This document shows, one piece after another, positions 1 through 7,584 of a stretch of 32,000 nt of DNA. Numbering within the stretch: the first letter of the stretch is position 1; every line of letters begins with the position of its first letter. The stretch comes from Microcystis aeruginosa NIES-843. Lineage in GTDB: Bacteria > Cyanobacteriota > Cyanobacteriia > Cyanobacteriales > Microcystaceae. The stretch spans positions 5,340,001-5,372,000 of the forward strand of contig NC_010296.1 in the NCBI RefSeq assembly GCF_000010625.1, given 5' to 3'. The notes under the pieces were generated by a model, which saw only the letters and a list, made by a program, of their open reading frames with translations, did no database searches and was not told the DNA's origin. The translations under genes were made by a program, and so were the position numbers.

Positions 1-332
1 GGATTTTACGACTGGAAAGCTTGTCTTGACAGCCTCTACTCTCTGAACTATGTTTTTATTCTCTCACTTTTTTTGCCGGTTGGGTTCTGATTTTAGATTT
101 CCTCAAGAATTACTGATTAAACAATTATTTAGTTGTCTTAAGTAAATTAAGTATTTTTGGTGATTTTTATGATATAATGAGCGATATTTTCGATTTTTAG
201 GTGGGTGTTTGCCAGTGTCATAGCAATCGGTCTCCTGATTAGGATAGAAAGTTGGAAATTAAGAGTTATTATCGCCTAACTGTGATGATGGGATTGCTTT
301 CGACATAGATAGTCATCTCTTTTTTTATTTAC

Positions 333-430
333 TTAACTTAGCAATGATTGAAACCGCTCATCTCCCCGAATCTGCTCAAAATCTTTATCTGTTTTCGCCA
401 TATCCTGATACTTGACATCAAGACTGATGA
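333..430 (-). pseudogene. 3' remnant of a paralogous TPR-repeat gene (last ~32 codons plus its own stop)
   Basis: 348-430 is about 95% identical at nucleotide level to 2000-2081, the 3' end of the 741-aa TPR gene. Minus-strand translation ISLDVKYQDMAKTDKDFEQIRGDERFQSLLS* parallels the C-terminus INLDVEYQDMAKTDKDFEQIRGDERFQSFLNRV*. Homology ends abruptly near 431 and no gene body follows. Confidence 0.6.
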
Positions 431-497
431 ACGATTTATTTTATTAGTGGTATTCCGATATCTTTGCAGATTTTATTAGCGAGAATATCCCTAATTT

Positions 498-653
498 CCG
501 TATGTCTTGGAATCGCAGATCTTTTATTTAATTGGGGGTTAAACCACCAAGAATGGCTAGGACTTGCTGAAAAAGTACGGGCGAAGCATTCGGATAGAAA
601 ATCTCCGGTTTCACCGATAGGTTATTGTCCGAATGCTTCGCCCCTACAGGACG
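498..653. repeat. ~155-bp dispersed repeat, copy 1, with internal 15-bp-stem hairpin (579-643)
   Basis: 498-593 and 629-653 match 1551-1647 and 1683-1707 almost base for base in direct orientation. It contains the perfect inverted repeat GGGCGAAGCATTCGG / CCGAATGCTTCGCCC around a 35-nt loop. Track ORF 464-664 lies inside it. Confidence 0.85.
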
Positions 654-776
654 CGGGCCGATGAAGACGCAAGGTTTTGAACGACGATTCTCTCAAAATC
701 TTGCACCTGTGAGAGCAAAACAGAACCCTAAAACTCTTACCTCGTCTATATTTAACATTTATTCAGCAAGTCCTAT

Positions 777-1163
777 CTACCAATCTATCTGAACAGGATA
801 TTTTGCTAATATTGAATCATGGCTAATCAGTCTAGCATTTTCAAGATTAGCTTGAGCAACTAACAAGCGGTCAAATGGATCTTTATGGATGTTAGGTAAA
901 GTATTTAAAGCTAAAACGTGGCTGACTGTAATTGATAAAAGTCCAATTTGGTTAGTTTCCTGCTGAGTATTAATCATTTCTGCTAAAGGTATCTTGAGTG
1001 ATAGTTTACCTAGTTGTAGTTTGATTTGCATTTCCCAAATACTTGTAATACTAAGTAATAGCGTATTACTAGGATCTCTACACAGTTCTAAAGCTCTTTG
1101 AGAGAGTTTTTCTGGTTCGCTATCCCACCAAATAAATGTATGGGTATCTAAAAGAAATTTCAT
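777..1163 (-). CDS. vapC: PIN-domain type II toxin (VapC family)
   Basis: 128 aa. N-terminal LLDTHTFIW, mid SITSIWEM and C-terminal DPFDRLLVAQA...ISHD fit the PIN acidic-residue layout. Its ATG overlaps the stop of the upstream small ORF (ATGA). Confidence 0.85.
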   Translation of the reverse strand: MKFLLDTHTFIWWDSEPEKLSQRALELCRDPSNTLLLSITSIWEMQIKLQLGKLSLKIPLAEMINTQQETNQIGLLSITVSHVLALNTLPNIHKDPFDRLLVAQANLENARLISHDSILAKYPVQIDW

Positions 1164-1423
1164 GATTCACCTGTCCAAAATTCTTCAGGAAGTGGCTCAT
1201 CAAAATCTTCGCTAGTCCCAATTTTTCCAGCGTGTAGTCCTGGTTGTCGTAACTTAGGAGAAGGAGTTTCAGACGTTGTTTTTTCAGTATCTCCCCAAGG
1301 AATTAGACGAGCTACAGGCTTGTTTCCTTCGGTTATAATAATTTCAGTATCTACCTTTATTAAGGCAAGTAGTTCTTGTAAAGTTAACTGTACTTGATTG
1401 AGATCAATAGTTTTGTTTGACAT
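1160..1423 (-). CDS. vapB: VapC-associated antitoxin (Phd/YefM-like N-terminus, DFDEPLPEEFW-type C-terminal tail)
   Basis: Small ORF overlapping vapC by 4 nt. MSNKTIDLNQ...ITEGNKPVARLIPW and the EDFDEPLPEEFW tail are typical of PIN partners. I place the start at ATG 1423. The track ORF extension to 1486 runs over an unrelated fragment. Confidence 0.7.
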   Translation of the reverse strand: MSNKTIDLNQVQLTLQELLALIKVDTEIIITEGNKPVARLIPWGDTEKTTSETPSPKLRQPGLHAGKIGTSEDFDEPLPEEFWTGES

Positions 1424-1550
1424 GAATAATTTTCTCTCTTTATTTACTTCACAAAATAAAACAGGATTCAGTGATAACTGCCTCACAAGTTAATAAAGGT
1501 TTGGCAACTTTTTCCCATTGCTGAATTGCCCAATTGTGATAATTATCACT

Positions 1551-1707
1551 CCGGTATGTCTTGGAATCGCAGATCTTTTATTTAATTGGGGGTTAAACCA
1601 CCAAGAATGGCTAGGACTTGCTGAAAAAGTACGGGCGAAGCATTCGGGCAATAACTTATCGCTGAAACCGTAGATTTCCTATCCGAATGCTTCGCCCCTA
1701 CAGGACG
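1551..1707. repeat. ~155-bp dispersed repeat, copy 2 (hairpin 1633-1697, loop inverted relative to copy 1)
   Basis: Direct repeat of 498-653. The stems are identical. The 35-nt loop is the reverse complement of the copy 1 loop (30/35 matches in flipped orientation). Track ORF 1582-1776 is an artefact of this element. Confidence 0.85.
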
Positions 1708-1733
1708 TGATCGATAAACTGTTTGCGTTTCAT
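1698..1733 (-). pseudogene. Possible hicA-like toxin gene truncated after ~9 codons by the 155-bp repeat
   Basis: The ATG at 1733 overlaps the stop of the upstream HicB-like ORF (ATGA). It reads MKRKQFIDH, then enters the repeat at 1707 and stops at TAG 1698-1700. The N-terminus resembles HicA/YcfA-type toxins from memory. Only 9 native codons remain, so this is weak. Confidence 0.35.
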
Positions 1734-1942
1734 ACAACAATTTTCTCTTCTTGGTAGTTTCCCCTAGTAGCGGCAATTGCTTCCTGTTTATTCAATTCTA
1801 ATGCTTCACTAAGAGTAATTTTTAGGCTTTCTAATAACTGATCACGAGATGCTTCTTGACAGTTAACTTCCGGAATTTCTTCTATCCAACCAATCCACCA
1901 ATCTCCGTCTGGCTGAATGATAGCTGTGTAGGTGTTAGTCAT
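1730..1942 (-). CDS. HicB-like (UPF0150-type) small antitoxin candidate
   Basis: 70 aa. YTAIIQPDGDWWIGWIEEIPEVNCQEASRDQLLESLKITLSEALE matches the small HicB-fold antitoxin pattern. It is coupled by ATGA to the truncated downstream ORF. Confidence 0.55.
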   Translation of the reverse strand: MTNTYTAIIQPDGDWWIGWIEEIPEVNCQEASRDQLLESLKITLSEALELNKQEAIAATRGNYQEEKIVV

Positions 1943-1978
1943 AGAATATCTCCTTAGCTAAAATACAAATATATATTA

Positions 1979-4204
1979 TTATACTCGATTTAGGAAACTC
2001 TGAAACCGCTCATCTCCCCGAATCTGCTCAAAATCTTTATCCGTTTTCGCCATATCCTGATATTCGACATCAAGATTGATGGCGCGTTGTAAGTTTTCGA
2101 TAGCTAATTCCACATTGTTTTGTAAGCCATAACAGCAAGCTTTATTGTAGTAAGCATTAGCAGAATTTGAATTAATTTTAATAGCTTGATCGTAGGATGC
2201 GATCGCTTCTTCCAATCTGCCTAAATCATCTAACGCATTCCCTCGGTTGTACCAAGCTTGATGGTAATCGGGTTTAAATTCTAAAGCTCGATCATATGAT
2301 GCGATCGCTTCTTCCAATCTGCCTAAATCATCTAACGCATTCCCTCGGTTGTACCAAGCATCAGGGTCATCGGGTTTAAATTCTAAAGCTCGATCGTAGG
2401 ATGCGATCGCTTGTTCAAATCTGCCTAAATTACCTAACGCAACCCCTCGGTTGTTCCAAGCATCAGGGTCATCGGGTTTAAATTCTAAAGCTCGATCGTA
2501 GGATGCGATCGCTTCTTCCAATCTGCCTAAATTATATAACGCAACCCCTCGGTTGTACCAAGCTTCATGCTTATCGGGTTTAATTTCTAAAGCTCGATCG
2601 TAGGATGCGATCGCTTCTTCAAATCTGCCTAAATTACCTAACGCAACCCCTCGGTTGTACCAAGCATCAGGGTCATCGGGTTTAAATTCTAAAGCTCGAT
2701 CGTAGGATGCGATCGCTTCTTCCAATCTGCCTAAATTACCTAACGCAACCCCTCGGTTGTACCAAGCTTCATGCTTATCGGGTTTAATTTCTAAAGCTCG
2801 ATCGTAGGATGCGATCGCTTCTTCAAATCTGCCTAAATTACCTAACGCAACCCCTCGGTTGTACCAAGCTTCATGCTTATCGGGTTTAATTTCTAAAGCT
2901 CGATCGTAGGATGCGATCGCTTCTTCAAATCTGCCTAAATTACCTAACGCAACCCCTCGGTTGTACCAAGCTTCATGCTTATCGGGTTTAATTTCTAAAG
3001 CTCGATCGTAGGATGCGATCGCTTCTTCAAATCTGCCTAAATTACCTAACGCAACCCCTCGGTTGTACCAAGCTTCATGCTTATCGGGTTTAATTTCTAA
3101 AGCTCGATCCCAGGATGCGATCGCTTCTTCTAATCTGCCTAAATTCTTTAACGCAATCCCTCGGTTGTACCAAGCTTCATGGTAATCGGGTTTAAATTCT
3201 AAAGCTTTGTCGTAAGAGGCGATCGCTTCTTCAAATCTGCCTAAATTACCTAACGCAATCCCTCGGTAGTTCCAAGCATCATGGTCATCGGGTTTAAATT
3301 CTAAAGCTCGATCCCAGGATGCGATCGCTTCTTCAAATCTGCCTAAATTAGCTAACGCAATCCCTCGGTAGTTCCAAGCATCATGGTCATCGGGTTTAAA
3401 TTCTAAAGCTCGATCCCAGGATGCGATCGCTTCTTCAAATCTGCCTAAATTAGCTAACGCAATCCCTCGGTAGTTCCAAGCATCATGGTCATCGGGTTTA
3501 AATTCTAAAGCTCGATCCCAGGATGCGATCGCTTCTTCTAATCTGCCTAAATTACCTAACGCAATCCCTCGGTTGTACCAAGCTTCATGGTAATCGGGTT
3601 TAAATTCTAAAGCTTTGTCGTAAGAGGCGATCGCTTGTTCAAATCTGCCTAAATTACCTAACGCAACCCCTCGGTTGTACCAAGCATCAGGGTCATCGGG
3701 TTTAAATTCTAAAGCTCGATCGTAGGATGCGATCGCTTGTTCAAATCTGCCTAAATTACCTAACGCAACCCCTCGGTTGTACCAAGCTTCATGGTAATCG
3801 GGTTTAATTTCTAAAGCTCGATCGTAGGATGCGATCGCTTGTTCAAATCTGCCTAAATTATATAACGCATTCCCTCGGTTGTTCCAAGCATCAGGGTCAT
3901 CGGGTTTAATTTCTAAAGCTCGATCGTAGGATGCGATCGCTTGTTCAAATCTGCCTAAATTACCTAACGCAACCCCTCGGTTGTACCAAGCTTCATGGTA
4001 ATCGGGTTTAATTTCTAAAGCTCGATCGTAGGATGCGATCGCTTCTTGGTATTGTTCGAGATAATCAAAAGTAGTACCTTGATAAAACCAACCGTCTTCC
4101 CATTGAGGTAGCAAACTAACTAGACGGTTGAACCCTTTTAAGGCATCTTGATAGCGCTTTAATTCATATAGTTTAAGAGTAAATCCTGCTAGAGAGGGCA
4201 ACAT
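1979..4204 (-). CDS. Tetratricopeptide-repeat protein, ~19-20 tandem 34-aa TPR units
   Basis: 741-aa ORF. Repeating unit is AWYNRGxALGNLGRxExAIASYDRALExKPDxxx with the canonical TPR W4/G8/A20/P32 spacing. ATG 4202-4204 directly abuts the TAA (4205-4207) of the upstream NTPase gene in the same frame. Confidence 0.9.
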   Translation of the reverse strand: MLPSLAGFTLKLYELKRYQDALKGFNRLVSLLPQWEDGWFYQGTTFDYLEQYQEAIASYDRALEIKPDYHEAWYNRGVALGNLGRFEQAIASYDRALEIKPDDPDAWNNRGNALYNLGRFEQAIASYDRALEIKPDYHEAWYNRGVALGNLGRFEQAIASYDRALEFKPDDPDAWYNRGVALGNLGRFEQAIASYDKALEFKPDYHEAWYNRGIALGNLGRLEEAIASWDRALEFKPDDHDAWNYRGIALANLGRFEEAIASWDRALEFKPDDHDAWNYRGIALANLGRFEEAIASWDRALEFKPDDHDAWNYRGIALGNLGRFEEAIASYDKALEFKPDYHEAWYNRGIALKNLGRLEEAIASWDRALEIKPDKHEAWYNRGVALGNLGRFEEAIASYDRALEIKPDKHEAWYNRGVALGNLGRFEEAIASYDRALEIKPDKHEAWYNRGVALGNLGRFEEAIASYDRALEIKPDKHEAWYNRGVALGNLGRLEEAIASYDRALEFKPDDPDAWYNRGVALGNLGRFEEAIASYDRALEIKPDKHEAWYNRGVALYNLGRLEEAIASYDRALEFKPDDPDAWNNRGVALGNLGRFEQAIASYDRALEFKPDDPDAWYNRGNALDDLGRLEEAIASYDRALEFKPDYHQAWYNRGNALDDLGRLEEAIASYDQAIKINSNSANAYYNKACCYGLQNNVELAIENLQRAINLDVEYQDMAKTDKDFEQIRGDERFQSFLNRV
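2185..4045 (-). repeat. 102-bp tandem repeat array (~18 units) inside the TPR gene
   Basis: Strict 102-bp period. GCGATCGC occurs at 2199, 2301, 2403 ... 4035 (19 copies, spacing exactly 102). Three consecutive units at 2761-3066 appear identical by eye, and two identical protein units map to 3278-3481. Confidence 0.95.
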
Positions 4205-5512
4205 TTACTCTGGTTTTTGTTTAAATAACTGCCAAATTAACTGTTTTAGAGGACGCAGATAGTCATTTAATTCTACCTGCTTTCCCTTGGCTTCAATTTG
4301 TCCGTCGCGAGGTTCTAAAATGTTTTCTCTGGCAATTAAATCAGCCAAACTTTGCTTGATTTTCCAGCGATACCAGAGTTGTTGCCACATATTTCCCTTG
4401 GCGATAAATCTGGCAGTGGGTTCAACAATAAACGGTTCTAAGGAAACATTACACTGGCGCAACAAATCCACCGCAGCATAGATATATTTCGCCAGAGTAT
4501 CCCTTTTAATTGCATCCTGATAACGTTTTTGCCAGTTGCCTCGCAGAGTAGCTTGATAGTTGGCAGGATTGAGGGGTAATTGTCGGTTGTCGAGGCGCAC
4601 TAAATTTTCTACCACATTGCGAAAGGTAGAATCATTACAGGCAGCAATGCTGCTGTAGTCAGTTTCGGCTTTAATGTTGGTTTGCGGGATAGTATCCTGC
4701 AATAATTCGACAATTGCACCGTCTTCCGGTGATGGCAATTCTACCAAGTGAAAACGGTTCCACAGTTTTGGGTATTTATTCCACTGTAACTTATCCCATT
4801 CACTCGGTTGTCCCGGTAATTCGGGTTCTTTTTCATCTCTCGCAGTGGCAATTACTCGCACTTCTTCGGGACGAGTACAATGGTTTTCATAAGCTTCTAG
4901 GGTTTTTAATAGTCGTTCTTGTAAGGGAATATTAATCGCCGCAAGAGGACTATCTTTTGCTTGGGGATTTTGTTCTACTTCCAAACTGCGGCGCATATAT
5001 GAGTTAAGATCGTCGAGGAAAAATAGTAATTTTCTATCTGTTCCAATTGCCTCTAATTGGTTATTTTCAGGTCGCTCTAACCATTCTCCTAATTTTAATA
5101 CTAATACCGTCCAGCCTTCATGATTCAAGCGTTGCGCTACTTCAGCAGCTTCTCTAGTTTTGCCGATTCCTGTGGGTCCGAGAATAATTAACCAGCGATT
5201 TTCCTCCAGATTTTGCAGAAGTTCGTTAGTAAAGTTTCGGTCAGCCATTCGGTGTTGGTAAATAATATTATGATCCGCTAAAGGAGATTTATCCTTTTCA
5301 TCCCTTTTGTAGATAATCGGGATTACATTGCTATTGGGGGCAATTTTCGTAAAGGGTAAGGACGGTTCAATGATTCGGACTTTTCGTTTTTGCTCTCGAT
5401 ACCACCAAATGAAACCGATTATTGCCAGAACAACAGTCACTAATGCACCGGAGAGGAGATTGTCAATCCAGTCTTTATTAGTTTGATAGAATTGTATTAT
5501 AGAATTCCACAT
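4205..5512 (-). CDS. Membrane-anchored P-loop NTPase, STAND/AAA-like
   Basis: 435 aa. One N-terminal TM helix (LLSGALVTVVLAIIGFIWWY, res 19-38). Walker A GPTGIGKT (res 112-119). Walker B LLFFLDD (res 162-168). VIATAR (res 220-225) follows in sensor-like position. The C-terminal half is helical. Confidence 0.85.
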   Translation of the reverse strand: MWNSIIQFYQTNKDWIDNLLSGALVTVVLAIIGFIWWYREQKRKVRIIEPSLPFTKIAPNSNVIPIIYKRDEKDKSPLADHNIIYQHRMADRNFTNELLQNLEENRWLIILGPTGIGKTREAAEVAQRLNHEGWTVLVLKLGEWLERPENNQLEAIGTDRKLLFFLDDLNSYMRRSLEVEQNPQAKDSPLAAINIPLQERLLKTLEAYENHCTRPEEVRVIATARDEKEPELPGQPSEWDKLQWNKYPKLWNRFHLVELPSPEDGAIVELLQDTIPQTNIKAETDYSSIAACNDSTFRNVVENLVRLDNRQLPLNPANYQATLRGNWQKRYQDAIKRDTLAKYIYAAVDLLRQCNVSLEPFIVEPTARFIAKGNMWQQLWYRWKIKQSLADLIARENILEPRDGQIEAKGKQVELNDYLRPLKQLIWQLFKQKPE

Positions 5513-5962
5513 AAGCCTATTTTAGATTTGAGATTTTCGATTTGAGATTGCGGAATGTGTGTCTAAAGATTTGTAGAAAATTAATTCGACTTCTTTTCAC
5601 CGGTGAGAATATTCTTCCTCCTCGCCATGATAAGGCAAATTTTAGCTGCTTGTAAGTCCCTATTACCAACATATTGCCACAGGCAAGAATCGATAACTAC
5701 AGGGTAAGCACATCTTAACAATCCTTGACAAAAGCTGCTGTCGGGTTGGGTTTCGTTCCTTGCTAACAGTATTGGTGTTACTGAATTAAGGTATGAATGC
5801 CAACTTTGCACCGCATCGAAAAGTTAGTTTGTATCTAGCTTTTAAAAATCCCACAAAAGAAGATTTATACCAAATCCGCTTTTAATATTACGACTAAGTA
5901 GCTGGTTATAATTAAATTAAAAATAGATTTTAGGTTCGATCCCCCCTGCCCCCCTTGATAAG

Positions 5963-7549
5963 CTATCCATTAGTCACATCTTTCTTAACATAAAATTTGA
6001 CAAAAAGAGAAAAGTGTGCCAGATGGCTCAAGGGGGTTCTATAGGGGGACTAATTTGATGAGATAGTTTCCAAGTCTGGCTGATATCATGTAACCTTCGC
6101 AGTCCCAACCAAATAGTTTTAACACCAGGTTCACCGTCACCTTTTCTACCTAAAAACCCCCCAAGAGAAGCAATCATTCTGACCGCTTCTCGAAAGGAGG
6201 GCGGCTTTTCAGGTGGCGGACTCTTTTTATGAATAGTGGCACACAAAGATTGCCATTCATGTTCTTCCAAAAAACTTTCACAACTCTCCTCTCCGTGTAA
6301 GCGTGCTTGATAGGTTAACCAAAGTAATCTCCAAGCTACAATTGAATAGGTAGCTAAGGCCATCTCAATTCTCCTACCCGTTTCTAATTGCAGTTTTTCT
6401 AATCCACAACCACTTTTTAAAACAAAATGATAGCGTTCTATTAACCAGCGATAACTATACCAGCGCACACAGGTTATCGCTGATTCAAAGCTACTAATGT
6501 CTAGGCTAGTTAAGAGCAGCCAACTGATAGGATTAACTCCGCTATGCGGATTTTCTTCTTCAGCTAAAATTACCTGTAATTTGACCGGTTGACGAGGGGT
6601 CGCCTTGGAGTGATGGCTAGGTACTTGTATTTCAAAACTGGCAAATCTAACTGTTAGTTTAGCTAGTCTAGCCTCGTGATTAGGATTGCGTTTTACTTGC
6701 ACATCTAAGGTCCCACAGGCTTTTATTTCTCTGATGGATTGATGTAAATATTTAGGCTCTGAATGCCCTGACCTTTGCTTGTCTTCGAGATAGTTAACTT
6801 TTCGGTTATGAGTTCCTCGAATTAATAAATGAGAGTTAGGACTTCTTGATTGGGCAAATAAATCAAATATGTCTGCCTCACAATCTCCGATTGTTACTAC
6901 TTGAATATCTTCGGGTATCTGTTGTTGTGTTTCTGACAAAGAATCTAACCATCTTTGACTTTCTTTTTCTTGGGTTTCTCTTTTTTTGCGTTGCTTGGCA
7001 ATCCCTAAATTCTTTTCTTCTCTTGCCCAGACATATTGATTAATCAGTCCTAAAGGTATTCCGACTGGGGACACTCCTAAGGTGGTATGAACTTTGAGAC
7101 CAAAGGATTTTTTATAATCTAGATAACCCATGCCTTTTTTGGCTTTTTGCGTCGTAAAGTCTAAACTTGTTGTGTCTTGCACTGCCAAAACTATTGGATG
7201 TTCTTTGATTCTTTCTACTGTACTTTTGGCCTGGGCGGCAATTATATCTGAGGGGTGAAAATAGGGGGAATTCCAAAAGTCGTAGGTGGCACTCGCTGCG
7301 GCTAGATTTCCTGAAGCTTGTGGCACACTTGTACTAGGTTGACTGGCCAAGTTTTCCACGATACTGATTAACCTTTTCTTTCTTCTGGTGTCCCCTAGGT
7401 CTGCATACTGTAATTCTTGGGCTGCCCATTTCTCCATTTTTTTGCTTACCTCCACCTTAATTCCTTCTTTCAAAACTATACCTATCAATCGTTTCCCCTT
7501 TTTTTAAGTTTCTTCTCTTTTTGTTAAGAAAGATCCGACTAATGGATAG
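5963..7549 (-). mobile_element. IS4-family insertion sequence (1587 bp)
   Basis: 28-bp terminal inverted repeats CTATCCATTAGTC(AC/GG)ATCTTTCTTAACA match at 26/28. A 9-bp direct target duplication CTTGATAAG lies at 5954-5962 and 7550-7558. It has a single DDE transposase ORF. Confidence 0.9.
6028..7437 (-). CDS. IS4-family (Tn5-like) DDE transposase
   Basis: N-terminus MEKWAAQELQYADLGDTRRKKRL resembles the Tn5 Tnp N-terminus. The YREK signature is YSYRWLIERYHFVLK (Y-x2-R-x3-E-x6-K). I prefer ATG 7437, with GGTGGAGG upstream, over the TTG at 7488 used by the track. Confidence 0.9.
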   Translation of the reverse strand: MEKWAAQELQYADLGDTRRKKRLISIVENLASQPSTSVPQASGNLAAASATYDFWNSPYFHPSDIIAAQAKSTVERIKEHPIVLAVQDTTSLDFTTQKAKKGMGYLDYKKSFGLKVHTTLGVSPVGIPLGLINQYVWAREEKNLGIAKQRKKRETQEKESQRWLDSLSETQQQIPEDIQVVTIGDCEADIFDLFAQSRSPNSHLLIRGTHNRKVNYLEDKQRSGHSEPKYLHQSIREIKACGTLDVQVKRNPNHEARLAKLTVRFASFEIQVPSHHSKATPRQPVKLQVILAEEENPHSGVNPISWLLLTSLDISSFESAITCVRWYSYRWLIERYHFVLKSGCGLEKLQLETGRRIEMALATYSIVAWRLLWLTYQARLHGEESCESFLEEHEWQSLCATIHKKSPPPEKPPSFREAVRMIASLGGFLGRKGDGEPGVKTIWLGLRRLHDISQTWKLSHQISPPIEPP

Positions 7550-7584
7550 CTTGATAAGGGGGGTGCCGATCCCCCCTTAGTCCC

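Noticed and set aside
464-664. Track ORFs 464-664 (+) and 1582-1776 (-), 66 and 64 aa
   Set aside because: Both lie almost entirely inside the two copies of the 155-bp repeat. Their shared peptide (AKHSDRKS.VS.I.YCPNASP) is simply the hairpin translated. They have no SD and no independent support.
1449-1550. 33-codon PIN-like open frame (PLLTCEAVITESCFIL)
   Set aside because: Not promoted to a feature. It has no start codon, is truncated at both ends, and its similarity to PIN toxins rests on one short motif recalled from memory. It is mentioned only as part of the mosaic finding.
4287-4935. Plus-strand ORFs 4287-4481 and 4714-4935
   Set aside because: They are antisense to the well-supported NTPase gene, low-complexity, and have no motifs.
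5581-5811. 76-aa minus-strand ORF upstream of the NTPase gene
   Set aside because: No SD, odd Cys/Trp-rich composition and no recognisable motif. It partly overlaps a degenerate GTTGGGTTTCG half-hairpin. Probably non-coding promoter or spacer DNA.
5930-5950. tRNA T-arm-like GGTTCGATCCCC inside the MITEs (also 23527-23545 and, as GGTTCGAT, in the 188-bp MITE)
   Set aside because: No complementary 5' T-stem, acceptor stem or anticodon arm can be drawn. The match is most simply GATC plus a C-run. No tRNA gene was found anywhere in the window.
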